A stretch of DNA of 63,744 bases, the filler included, from Reticulomyxa filosa (Eukaryota; Protista; Foraminifera): the NCBI GenBank assembly GCA_000512085.1. It is 23 parts of 23 records of this genome, joined end to end, with 100 filler letters (N's around TTAATTAATTAA, not from the genome) between each part and the next. Parts side by side here need not be neighbours in the genome. Positions count along the whole stretch, not along the records: positions 50,459 to 53,066 come from ASPP01040077.1; positions 53,167 to 54,891 come from ASPP01009395.1; positions 54,992 to 56,916 come from ASPP01026751.1; positions 57,017 to 60,080 come from ASPP01018706.1; positions 60,181 to 61,287 come from ASPP01001876.1; positions 61,388 to 62,590 come from ASPP01005641.1; positions 62,691 to 63,744 come from ASPP01048496.1; 16 more parts are not named here. One strand, 5' to 3'. A model generated the notes under the pieces. That model was given only the letters and a program-made list of their open reading frames with translations, did not search any database and was not told the DNA's origin. Numbering within the stretch: the first letter of the stretch is position 1; the number at the start of each line of letters is the position of its first letter. Position numbers and translations under genes: made by a program. This document shows, piece by piece, positions 50,549 through 63,031 of the stretch.

Positions 50549-50959
50549 TACTTTTTTTTTATGAAGTACAGTTTTTGTTCGTGAACAGTGAATTGTCAAT
50601 TCAAACTCTTCAAATTATTACAACTGTTCCAACTCTAACAACGTCACTAATAACCACTTTTAGATTTCAATAAGTTTTCAAGATTTATGAACTAGATGCG
50701 AACTCAATCAATTACAAGACTCCATAAGAATTTATGATTTATTTTTCAAGAGTTTTTTTCATTTTGTTTTTCAACTACCTTCAACATGATTCATAAGATT
50801 ACACAAACTGATTTTTATCAACATTGGTAAAATATACTTTTTTGTTTCAAAGTATTTGCAATTGCACAGAAATATTTTGAAGTTTAATAAAAAAGGAAAT
50901 ATTTCGCTGAAAGTCCTTTGAAAAGAGTACAAGTGGACAGATACAACAAAAAAATTATC

Positions 50960-51842
50960 ACCAACTGGGAATATTGGAGATGGGCACACAAACACACGGC
51001 AGCAAGTACTCTATTGCCTCTTTGTTAATGAAAATGTGGCGAAAAAGTTGCTGAAGGGAATTGAAAGTAATCCACTTGTTTGCGCTTTTGATCTTAATCC
51101 ACCACCGATATTGATTTGCAGTCCGTAATGGAGTTGGCCTTGCAATTATGAGCTGATCAAATTTGTAGAGGAACCTCGCATCGTGCGTGTCACCAATGCC
51201 ATTTGGAATTCCTTTCGGCCAGAGGTGTCTTTCCAGCAATCGGAAATGGACTTGAAGACACTCTGCCACAAACTGTGGAATTTTCTATTTTCCCCCTCCC
51301 GTTGGCAAGTTTGCAAAACGTCATCAACGTTGTACTTGCTGTATTTGGCATTGTTCTCCTTTGTGACCTGGATGTTGACGTATTGGTACTGTGGGTGGCC
51401 TCAGCAGGGTATGTGTACTTTTCATCGATGTCGAATTATTGGGATGTGTTATTGCGTTCAATTGGATGGTCTTGTTTTATTTGCGATTTATCAATAATCA
51501 CACATTAATACGTGACAGCAATGGCAATTTGGATGATATCAAGACACCACCAAAGCATATATGCTATTTTGGACAATCCAGTCAAAATTCTTCAAATTTC
51601 ACGAGATGCAAGGTCCTTTGATCCGAATGATCAATCAATTTTGTCGATATTGTCGTTACAATTTGGCCGAAGATCGAATGCACATTGAGTACTATTTGAA
51701 ACTGTTTGATGAAAGAAGTATGCACATGGATTTCGTGGACACACAGCACGTGCGGGATTTGTTGGCGTCCAATGATCGATTTGGATTACCCACTTCTCAT
51801 TTGTGTGAAATGTGTCCCAACTGTTATCGCCCTTTCAAATAG
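50960..51842 (+). pseudogene. TRP-channel-like membrane protein pseudogene fragment
   Basis: Across frames: MELALQL*..FVEEPRIVRVTNAIW..NFLFSP..LYLLYLALFSFVTW..LWVASAGY..NYWDV. This resembles the TRP pre-S1/S1-S3 region, with stops, frameshifts and no pore region. Confidence 0.5.
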
Positions 51843-52968
51843 GTTATTGTACACATTTGAAGTTCCTATATTGCCTTCAAACTTGTCATATGGCCCATTT
51901 TGTTAATTTTGATATTCCTTCCTGCTAACATTGCAAGATTAGTCGATTTCATTAACAGCAAATTTGTGGTAGAAGTATCGGAAAAAAATAACAACAAATG
52001 TCTTCCATGTTCAGAGCCGAAGGAAACAATTAGTAAAGTGAACCGAAATGAATTGAAAATTTGAGAAAATCGTTGATGTCCTCGTTGTTATTTTGAGGAA
52101 ATAACGACAACGGCAGAGAAGGCTCAAGCATGAAACAAGAGAATTGCAAATGTTTTTGCGTGGATATGTTTTTTTGTTAACGGCTTTCCACTCTTGTTTC
52201 TGAGCGTGTTCTGCAAAACAAATATTAATAAAGAAAAAAATTAAGAAAATTGTGGAGCTCCACATTCACTTTCTCTATTAAAGTAAAAATACATAAAAAA
52301 ACAATTGAACCATTCTTAGAAAAATTCCTTCCACCAAAGAATAAGATATTCACTATTTTATGTTTCAAATATTTTTTATTGTTATTCATCACTTTTATTC
52401 ATTAGCATAAACTTTGGGATACGTTTTTTGCTTAACAAAAGCATTTATTTTAGTGGAAAAATCAAAACAAAATTTGGATCACTTGCAAGATGCTTTGTCA
52501 GTCAATTTTTCTATGTTTAAATAATATCAAAATTAATATTTGCAAAAATCAAATAACAATAAATTGTACTTTATATACGTGATGACAAAATCACTTAAAT
52601 ATTAAAATGATCAAATTTCTATTTGAAAGAATCGAATGAAATGATGATATTTCACCATTTTGTCAACAGGCAAATAATTCTTTTTAATTACTTTAAAAGT
52701 AATGTAAAAAATGTTGAAAATAAATTAAATGTTTACGATCATTATATCATAAAAAATTTGAATAAAAAAAGAAACAAATACAAACAAAAAAATGCTTTTA
52801 ATAATGACAATTTTTTTATAATATGATTAAATGAAATTTTTTTAAGTTCAAAAAATGAATTTTTAGATAGATTTTCCCTCATTTTTTAATTAGTTAATAT
52901 GTTAAGTATTGTAGCGTTGTTGTGTGATATCAATTTTGATAGTTATAACAAATCTGGAATTATTTGCG

Positions 52969-53066
52969 TTATTGTGTTGGCGATATTTTTTATTTGATTA
53001 TGTTAGTTGTTCCACTAACAAGTTAATTATATATATCTTTTTTTTTTCATTTAAATATTTTATTGT
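52969..53066. repeat. Direct repeat copy 2
   Basis: TGTGTTGGCGATATTTTT..TGTTAGTTGTTCCACTAACAAGTTAATTATATATAT, matching copy 1. Confidence 0.9.
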
Positions 53067-53166
53067 NNNNNNNNNNNNNNNNNNNNNNNNNNNNNNNNNN
53101 NNNNNNNNNNTTAATTAATTAANNNNNNNNNNNNNNNNNNNNNNNNNNNNNNNNNNNNNNNNNNNN

Positions 53167-53207
<41 letters not shown>

Positions 53208-53262
53208 TTCGATATCGGAATGTCTTCATCCCTCCAAAAAAAAAATAAAAAATAAAACTAAC

Positions 53263-53793
53263 CTCTTGAATCAACTCCACATACGCTAGTCGAATTTCTT
53301 GTCGAATTTCTCCTTTATGAATTTTGGATATTTGTTTCATCAGGGTTGTCTTTCCTATCCATTTTTTTTTTTTTTTTTTGCACATAATATGCATATTAAT
53401 TAATTAATAAATAATTCATTTATTTAGTTAGTTAGTTTGTTGCTTACAAAAAAAAAAAAAAAATGATACACACATAAATGCACCTGTCTCTCCTGGGCCA
53501 GTGAGAATGATTCGGAAAACAATTTTGGTGGATTCTTGCTGCTGTTTCAAATATTTCTCGATTTCTTTGTTGTATTCGGCTTCCATTTCGTCGTCCACAT
53601 CTTGTGGCAACAGACCGATCGGGATACTGGTTTTCTTCGTAAACTGATAGCCTGATGTATCCACTGATCCTCTTCCATTTCTTGCTTGTTCCGTTGTTTT
53701 CTCTTCTTCTTTTGTTTCTTCAATTTTTTTCTTTGATTTTCTCTTTACATTTTTTTTTATATTTTTACTTTTATTTGTTCTTTCGCACATATA
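53263..53793 (-). CDS. Heterotrimeric G-protein alpha subunit, divergent (3' partial)
   Basis: NKEIEKYLKQQQ..FRIILTGPGETG|KTTLMKQISKIH, with the P-loop split by an intron. This matches G-alpha K.LLLGAGESGKSTI.KQM.IIH. The start is uncertain. Confidence 0.83.
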
Positions 53794-54228
53794 TAACTCT
53801 TTTTTTTTTTTTGCATTGCCAACAGAAAGTAACTGAAAAAAATTGCATTTTTTTTTATAGTCAGAGGTCAATCACTTTGTGCAAAAGATTTCCAATTTTT
53901 GATGTCGTATTATATCGACTCAATGCTTTCTCAAGGATTGTTAAAATTGGTATCCAAAAAAAGTTATTAGCTGGGGCCTCGGTTCAACACACAGCACAAT
54001 TGACAAACTGTGCAGGTAATTCCAAAACACTTGATCACCCTATTTTCTCAAGTTACTCCAAACAATGTCCTATTTTGCTTGTTATAAATAAGACACCATT
54101 ATTTTTACGTGTGCGTACCTCCAGATGAAAAGGAAGGCAGAGGAGTTAGTGACTTCATTTTTAAAAAAATTGGAGCTATTTTCCAATATCTACACAATAT
54201 CAATTTTTAAACAAACAGAAATAAAAGT

Positions 54229-54891
54229 ATGATTCAAGTCCAAGATAAAACCATTTCGCAATTAATGACGCAGCTGAACGGATGTTCACAACACCTGGAG
54301 TCCAGGTTCTTATTTGCAAACTCAAAAACGGAGTTATATGTGTACAAGATATTACTTTGATTTTGTTTGCTTCAAATGCAGAAAGCTGAAAGAAGTATCC
54401 GAACAAATTGAAACACTTGAAAATATAAATAAAAATCAAAAAGATCAACTCCATTCATTAAACACTAATTATTTTAACCTGTCTAACCAACTTGACGAGT
54501 GTAAACAAGACAATAAAAAGCTTAAAGAGTTCAATAATAATGCCATTTCCCAATCATGGCATAATTTTTAACTGTTTCTTTGTACTAAACGAACAGGAAA
54601 AAAACCACTCACATTTACACCAAAAAAAAAAATAAAATTGTCAAACAAATTTATATGGTTACATCGTACAAAAATGTAGAGCCAATGGGCAATTGTCAAG
54701 AGAAGTACAAGAACTGAGAGAGAGGATTTGTGAATTGACAGTCGGAAAAGGAATAGAAAGTGAATTTCCAGCTGTGAATACAATTGTGATGGATTATAAA
54801 ACAATAAGCAGTAATTATCGATTAAATTTAACAAGTGAAATCATGAAACAATTGAAAAGTAATGAAAAAATAAAAGAAAATTATGAAATAA
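54229..54891 (+). CDS. Coiled-coil hypothetical protein (partial, multi-exon)
   Basis: Heptad-rich segments separated by short introns. Confidence 0.45.
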
Positions 54892-55338
54892 NNNNNNNNN
54901 NNNNNNNNNNNNNNNNNNNNNNNNNNNNNNNNNNNTTAATTAATTAANNNNNNNNNNNNNNNNNNNNNNNNNNNNNNNNNNNNNNNNNNNNCCAACTAAT
55001 GTAAACACACCAATTCGATATTATTGACTTTTTTTTGATTTAAAATGTTATCTCTGACTGGTTATTCAAAGTAATTCCAGATCTTTTTAGTGACAGCTTT
55101 TTCAAAAAAATGTTTCTTTTTTAAATTAATAAAAACAGAAAAATTTCATTTTTTAAAAATTTTTTACTAAATTTAACTTTCGTTTTATCTTGCGTCAGGT
55201 ACATACTTTACATCCAACACAAAGATAGAAATAAAAAGTAGTGAGATTTACGAATGACACGGCTGATTTTTTCCATCAAATAATTGTGTGCAGCCATGAC
55301 AGTACTGTGTTATTACCAATAAATGGCGTCTTTGTTTT

Positions 55339-56849
55339 GTGACTGTCTTCAGGAAAAACCCTTTGAAGGCTGTTTTTCATGCTTCGACCATGGCGACTGA
55401 AGTGATAAATAATAAAGAAAGCCTTTCATCATCGATGAAAGGCGATCTCTTGTTGAATACTGTCCATATAAGTAGAGAGTTAGTACATACAAAGCTAATG
55501 GCGAACATACCGCATCCAACAATAGACGCATTTTTGTCCCACAAAAAAAGAAAGAGGTACTTACAGAAGAGACCGCTACCTCCAATTCCAGTTTTGGAGA
55601 ACTATTTAAACATCCATCTCAAGAAAAAAAAAAAAAAAAAAATGCAAAGACATTTTCAATGAAACATATTATAAACAAATGATAAAACAAGCAACCGATA
55701 GTAATTTACGCAATCATTGATACAATAATGTACCGAGCTTGTGTGCCCTTGTTGAGAAGTCAGAGCATAAAAAAGGTGTTACCAAAAATCGGAGCACAGC
55801 TGCGTTACTGTGGAGGCATTGGACAAAAGAGCTCGACATCAATCTCAACGCCGTCGTTGGCATTGCCAATGCCATTGATAGTGTCATCAACATCGCCATC
55901 AACACCAACGCCAATATCAATGTCATCAACAGCAATGCCCACGACTCCAACATCCCCAGCGACGCCGGCGCGATCATGGAGCAGCGTGGCACTCGAAGTG
56001 GTGTGCAAGCCAGAGGGACTGCACGATATGATTTGTGTGTGCAACGACAAGGTGGTCGACGAAACGGACACGCTGGAGGCCATCGGTACAAATGACAGCA
56101 GCGCGCCATTGATTCTGATATCACCCAGCGCCGTGCAAAAGACGAATGGTATGGGCAAGACAATACGAACAATGACGATCACGCCGGCGCCCATCATCGA
56201 GCGACAATGAGTGGAGGTGGTCCAGGTTTCTTTAGATCGACATTCTCGAGAAAGTGGTCCACATCTATTTTCGCCAATAACAAACCAGAGTCTAATCATA
56301 CTCGTAGTCAGTCATTGAGCAAAGATATTTCGTTACAATCTGATTCAGTAAGAATACAAATACAAAGAAATAGATTATATACATATATATATGTACACAT
56401 ATATATATATATACATATATATGTACATACATTTAAAAAAAAAAAAGATCTTGTCTCCAAAAACTATATCCGAACCTATGATAAAGACTCAAAAGAGCAA
56501 TGGCGACTTGTTTGATATATCCAAAGAGGTGCTAGGCCAACTGAAAAAACACAGCCGCACGGAAAGCAGCGAGCGACTAACCGTGGACCCCGTGGGCGAC
56601 GTATCTCCGCAAAAACGACGAAGCGAGAGCGTGGTGCAAAAAATGGAACGCTTAGGCTTTGGAGTGCGTGCGAGTCACAGCACCAATGCACTTTCGCTCC
56701 CGGCGGGGCAAGACAAAAAGTGCATGGACGTCTTGCTACACTGCGCCCAACAATTCGACTTGCCCGTCGCCCAAGTGTCGATCGAGCGTCTTGTCCATGA
56801 CATTTCCGATGCGGTCATGACTTTTCCACTTCCAGTTTTGGGTCTCTAA
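55339..56849 (+). CDS. Ser/Thr/Pro-rich hypothetical gene, possibly frameshifted
   Basis: Consecutive plus-strand ORFs 55339, 55728, 56207 and 56391 with TA-rich introns. Confidence 0.4.
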
Positions 56850-57553
56850 TGGATGAGGCATATAAGAAGAGAAAATAAACATATAACATAACATAACATA
56901 ACATAACATAACATAANNNNNNNNNNNNNNNNNNNNNNNNNNNNNNNNNNNNNNNNNNNNTTAATTAATTAANNNNNNNNNNNNNNNNNNNNNNNNNNNN
57001 NNNNNNNNNNNNNNNNAATATTCAAATTTTTTAAACAATTAGTAAAGATTTAATAAAAAACCAAAATGATATTTAAAAAGTACAAAATTTGTAGATATTT
57101 AAAAAAAAAAATTGGTCTGAATGTTGTTTTTTCATGTAGAAAATCAATTATCTCTATAATGTGCCATTTTAGGTGTCAACTTTACTTTGCATTCTACTGT
57201 ACTTAAAATTGTTGATATTCACAAGTTAAAAGCGAAGTAATAATAAAAAAAAGATTGTTCTTTTCTTCTTCCAACATATGCATTCAAGTTAATGTTGATA
57301 TTGACATTTTGTTTCTTAGCAAGTATAACGAATTTTTTGTTCAGTTGTGCTGACATTGACAGTTGTTTGTCCAAATGTATTCAAATCCAGTATGTATATT
57401 AATGTGACAATTCATAATCTAAGTACATATCGATGTTATTATCAATGATTTAAAAATTTTTAAAATAATGATTTGATGGACAAGTAGTTTAAGTCGTAGT
57501 GTTAATGCAATTATATCTTCGGACGCGCTAGTTCAAATCAAAAAAAAAAAAAA

Positions 57554-57626
57554 GACGTTGATGCGCAATGCGGTAGCGCATTGGACCTCGAATCTAAGTG
57601 TTGCGTGTCTAGTCCCTCCACTATTG
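57554..57626 (+). pseudogene. Decayed tRNA-Arg(TCG)
   Basis: D-arm GCGC-AATGCGGTA-GCGC and anticodon arm TTGGA-CCTCGAA-TCTAA are intact. The T-loop (TCTAGTC, not TTCGAGTC) and acceptor stem are degenerate. Confidence 0.68.
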
Positions 57627-57908
57627 TTATAATAATTTTTTAATATAAATTTAGATAGGAAAAAAGTATTGCTTTCCCTTTTAAAAAAGCAGCATTTTTG
57701 TGAAAACATGCAGAAGATTGCAATTTTAAGGATTTTAATGATCGATTCAACAGCTTTGCAGAATTAAAAGAAATGACCCCATCTTATATTAAGCGCTTTA
57801 GAGATAAGCTGCATCGAAAAAATAAGAGATATGATACAAAATTGCAATAAAAAAACTGAATATTTGTCATGTTACTGATTCACAAATATGAACAAAAATG
57901 ATAATGTA

Positions 57909-60036
57909 TTATGTTACAACAGTTTTTTTTTGAACTAAAGATTTGAGCGCTTTTTTTGCAATGTGTGATTTAGGTTGTCTCTCGTGGGGTTCGCTCTTCA
58001 ATTTTCGCAAGTTTTGCTCGATTTGACCACCAATATCAACTTTCTTGATCACACGGATGAGCAGATTCATGGATAAATCGACAATCTATTGGAACAACAA
58101 TTAATCGTTTTTATATCGTATTTTTTTTTCTGTTGGAAGCAAAAATCAGAGAAGAGAAAAGAAAAAGGAAATAAAGTCACGAAATTCTTACCAATTGTAC
58201 AAAATCAGTTAATTTGAAGCCTCCAACAGTGTCAGGCTCATCTAAATAGCATAGCACCTCAGCCATAAAAACGTTGGTAAAAGCAAGTTCATAGCAAAGC
58301 TCAGCAATACCCAAAATACCAGCACTTGGCATTGCGAGCATAGCGAAACAAGCTTTGATTAGACACACAAAAAATACGATGAGCACGATGGACAGATAAT
58401 AGCAAATTACAACAGGCCGAAGACAGCACAAAGTGAATAGCGCCAAAATGGTAAACAGTAGATGAAAGGCAAACGACAGCGCAAGAGACAAGATGCTAAA
58501 CAAGATTAAAACAAGTGCCATAACTCGTAATCCAATTGCATATCCTATATTTTTCGTCCACTCAATACATTCGATGGAAAAGTCTCCATCCGCCGTTCTT
58601 CGAATTTGTCCTTCCAATTCTTTCACTAAAGTGGCCTGCATATATACATCGTTATGTAGCAAGCGTTATCAAAGATTATAAACACACATCAATTACTATT
58701 TAGTTAATAAGCATGGACAATACAAACTGAACAAACTAGAGAAGCAAACAATTACCTTAAAGGTTGTAGTGTATTCTTCAAAGGTTTCCTTGATGACCTC
58801 ATCCAAAGCTTCTATTGCAAATTGAAACAATTTTGAATCCTAAACTCAAACAAAACAAAAGCAAAAAAAAAATTATTATCACACAACAACGACAGCAAGA
58901 GAATATTAATTTGTATATTTTTTAATTGTCAATTTCATACTGCATTTAAAAAATGTAAAAAAAAAAAAAAAAAACATCCAAACTTTAGAGTCAGCTGTTA
59001 CTAAATCCACCAAGTGTTTCACAGTGACTGGTCCCCATCCGGCATTATCTTGATTCATTTTGCTTTGCAATAGTTCTAAGAACCTTTGAACAAAAAGTAC
59101 ACCCGATTCAAGCTTGTCCAGCACTGCAGACAAGCGATTGATGACAGCTTCGTCCATACCGTATTGTCTGGCCAGCCACAAAATGATATGTTTAGCAGTG
59201 TTTGTCAAAAACACGGACTCGAGATGATCCTTCGGAACAAGCGAAATCCCACTCAGCAAATTTAACAAATCGTTGTTGAAAAAATCACCCACAGTGTCGA
59301 GTCCACTCTCCACCTTCAATTCCAAGTCCTCTCCTCGAAGCAGCGGTCCCGACTTTCCACTAGCGTTTTCCACAAATTGCCGACTCATCACATTTTGAGC
59401 AATTTCCTGTTGAATTTTTGTGACTATGTCTTGAGCATTTGCATCGGCTTTAAAGGCGGACAGTACACCCGATACTTGGTCCAACTGCAATTGTTCAATC
59501 GTTACCTGTGCGATATGTTTCTGTGACAATGCGTTGATTTGTTTCACAATATCGTCAGGAGATAGTCCTTGCATTGTGATTTGCGCTTCTTTCGATTCCT
59601 AAAATAGACAAACACATGCACACACACACACACACACACAAAAATGAGAGATATCAAATATATTGGTTATAAAGTACATGCTAACCTGCAAGAATGTCTC
59701 CACGTGAGTCTTCAAACCGTTGGGGATGACAACATTACCATTGCTGACAATGCTCTGCAAAGGCAATGCATTCGGAACGGACTGTAACAACCTGGCTGCT
59801 TCAGCAATAGTAGTCGTGTCGACACGATTGATATTTTGCAACCACTTGACAAATCGGTCGAATTCTTCACGAGAAAGTCGGCCATCCATGTTGATGTCGC
59901 AATACGACAACACAAAGTTTGTCAACTTGGTCACAATGTCCTGCACCTCGGACATCGATCGCGGCGCTGTGATGCCTTGAGATTGAGCCGTTTCAGATAT
60001 CGCACCGAATAACAGTTTCTCTAATTCTTCGCGTCC
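57909..60036 (-). CDS. EF-hand protein with C-terminal hydrophobic transmembrane hairpin (5' partial, multi-exon)
   Basis: Canonical EF loop DINMDGRLSREEF, helical middle exons, a ~70-aa hydrophobic block and a last exon at 58085-57909. Confidence 0.72.
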
Positions 60037-60180
60037 TTTTTTTTTTTTTTTTTTTTTTCCCCCCCCCAATTTTTTTTTTTNNNNNNNNNNNNNNNNNNNN
60101 NNNNNNNNNNNNNNNNNNNNNNNNTTAATTAATTAANNNNNNNNNNNNNNNNNNNNNNNNNNNNNNNNNNNNNNNNNNNN

Positions 60181-60625
60181 AAAGATGAAATTGAAACTGA
60201 ATGGAAATAACATTGAAGAAGCAAATCATGTCAAGTATTTGATGGAAGAGCAAGATATTTTATATTCATATATTCGTACAAAGGAATTATGCCGAGTTTA
60301 AGTGTTTACAATCTATTGTACAAGATAATAATCAAACCGTCATTGGAATACACGTATGCATTCTGGAATGGTGCTGCTGATTGTCACAAACGAAGACCGG
60401 AAAGGATAAACTCCACGTCATACGACACCGTGAATGCCATCTCGCGATCTCCACTTCTGGAATTGAGAAGAAGAAGTGAAATTATTCCGGAAATGTATCA
60501 AGTGGAGCAAAAAGTTTCCTGAGCTTAATTTGACAATGGTGTTCAATTGTGGAAATCGAACCACGAGCTCAAAGAAGATAAAAAATTCTGTTGGGAAGTT
60601 GTCCACAAACTCAGGTCTTTCTAGT
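60181..60625 (+). mobile_element. Non-LTR retrotransposon remnant (RT end/thumb region), decayed
   Basis: LKLNGNNIEEANHVKYL, then LYKIIIKPSLEY..W and P.LELRR, typical post-RT LINE motifs. Contains deletions and frameshifts. Confidence 0.75.
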
Positions 60626-60739
60626 TAAAAGAGTACCTCGTTCTACTCAAAAGAAACAAAAAAAAGAAAGAACCTCACAAAATCTTACAACGATCAGAAG
60701 GTCCACACAGAAAAACATTACAGTTAATTGATTTAGATT

Positions 60740-61287
60740 AAAATTTGTCTTTGTATCGATAACGAACTTTACTGCTGCCTTGACAACCTTGATCCTAATG
60801 TCTGGTTTCCATGTTCGGTCTCCGACAATGAAATATTTCATCGATAGGGACAATACATTGATATCTGGAAGCAATTTCTGGATATTTATCCACCAACTGC
60901 GACGTAAATCTTGGTACCGCAAACATTCCATCAGGAGTTTCTTCAGACTCTAATCTTTGGATGTTATACAAATAATCATTCAGTCCAACTTTGCCAGTGA
61001 TCATCTTTTCAAATGATTGTGCTTCCATCAGGTTAGATAAGGAATATCTTGGCATAATATGTCTTGGATTATCCACTCCTTCACATATCCAATGTCTGTT
61101 GTGGAATCAAATCTAGTTGCAATTGCAACGCTTTCCTGCGAGCATTATTTGCAACAAGATCCACTTTATCATTACCAGGAATCCCAGAATGACCTTTAAT
61201 CCAATAGATCTCTGGTACGTTATCCTCATTAAATGATTTCAATAATCCATAATTGCATTTATAGATGTCAGAATCCCATTTGTTGAA
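60740..61287 (-). mobile_element. Non-LTR retrotransposon remnant (RNase H and downstream region), decayed
   Basis: Minus strand reads WIKGHSGIPGNDKVDLVAK* (RNase H C-terminal motif), then MITGKVGLNDYLYNI..EET, resembling the RTGH..LN..L..I region of RNase H-bearing LINEs. Confidence 0.78.
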
Positions 61288-61469
61288 NNNNNNNNNNNNN
61301 NNNNNNNNNNNNNNNNNNNNNNNNNNNNNNNTTAATTAATTAANNNNNNNNNNNNNNNNNNNNNNNNNNNNNNNNNNNNNNNNNNNNTTTATTTTATATG
61401 TCAATGTGCACATTTTTTTTCTTTTTTTTTTGGGCAAAAAAAAAAAATAAAAAAAAAAAAAAAAAAAAG

Positions 61470-62590
61470 TGAAAAGAAAACATTGACGAAAGAACAAACG
61501 GAAATGCAATTGCAAATGAAACAATTGGCCGAGCAATTGGAACAATCGAAAAAAGACACCTCGGATCTGAAAAAAGAACTGCAACAAAGTAAAGACCAAA
61601 TTGATATGATTCAACTCAAAAGCAACCTTCTTGCAACACAATTAGAAAATAGCCAGCAACAGTTCGCACTCCGTCACAGGTTATTAGTTAGTAGTTTGGA
61701 ATGAGAGTGTTCAACGTTCTGTCTTTGCAAACACTTGTTTTTGCAACAAAAGCGCATACATACATATGGTATGATATGTGAGGGTACAGAAAAGTGAAGA
61801 AAGGGATCAGAGACGTGGAAGAACATGAACCATCGACACGTGGATCACCCCTCCAGACATCGGATGAGAAAAAAGACGAGTCCATGGAAACGAGCGGGTC
61901 ACAAGACGAGCCCGTCGTCTTCTGGCTACACGCAGAGCCAAATCAGGAACACAAAGTCCAAAGCGCGTCAAATGGTAAGGAAAACGTCTCTTCCAAACAC
62001 CGTCAACTCCCTGTTTCAAATAGTCAACTCGATAAGCGTTGTTCATTTCCGATATCGTCCAGTGCTCGATCGCACAACACGTTTTGTCTTTGTCTTTGTT
62101 TATGTATGAATGATTCTTTCTGTTTGCTTGTTCTGATCAGAAAACATGAGACACTGCAAGATGCTGAAAGCGATGGAGATACTGCAAATCTGACGTCAAT
62201 TGTGGAAGCGCGCGGAGATGCGCGATTGATGTTGACCAATCTGGTTGCACAATGTCACGGGCAAGATCAAAAGCTCCATGACCTACAAGCGTGAGTGTCC
62301 ACTCTTCAACACTTGTGTTTTGTTTTTTTTTAAAAAAAAAAAACAATGTCAAAAAATAGGGCATATGAAGACTTGCAATCCGAATATGAAAATACCATCG
62401 ATGGGACTCAACAGTTGGAGAACCGGATCAAGACCTTGGAGGAAGAACTAAGTTAAGTATCATTGTTTTCATGTTTTTGCCATTTGTGGTTTTTGTCTTT
62501 TCCAATATTGTGTGATGTGGTTATTTTTTTTTTTTTTTACAGAAGAGAGTGAGTCACAAAGAATGGCGTTACAAAAGGACTTGCACCAAC
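61470..62590 (+). CDS. Internal exons of coiled-coil protein (partial)
   Basis: Q/E/K heptad-rich exons separated by GT-AG introns. Confidence 0.55.
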
Positions 62591-63031
62591 NNNNNNNNNN
62601 NNNNNNNNNNNNNNNNNNNNNNNNNNNNNNNNNNTTAATTAATTAANNNNNNNNNNNNNNNNNNNNNNNNNNNNNNNNNNNNNNNNNNNNCAAAAACGCC
62701 TTCTTACTTTCGTAAAACGTGCTTTTCCGCTCCCGGTTCTCTACAAGGTGTTCAGTTTTTTTTTGCAACCTAATGTACTTCTTACTTTTCTTTTCGTTTT
62801 ACGAAGCCCTTATTCTCTTCTTAGTAAACACATCTCGTATTACAGTTAGTGTACCAATACTATCAGCAGACGTCCACAGTATCGTTTTATTGTGTTGTTT
62901 TTTTTTGAATTAAAATAATATATTGAATGGAAATTATTATTTGGAGAAAAGCAAAAATGAATGATTAATTGTATTTGATATGAAAAAGCAAGTATAATAC
63001 AACACAACACAACAATACAAGTATAAATGTA

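Noticed and set aside
56885-56916. (CATAA)n at a contig end as a telomere
   Set aside because: Short simple repeat. Many contigs here end at various microsatellites or homopolymers.
2501-62690. Regularly recurring TTAATTAATTAA flanked by Ns as a repeat array or CRISPR
   Set aside because: Artificial six-frame-stop scaffolding linker.
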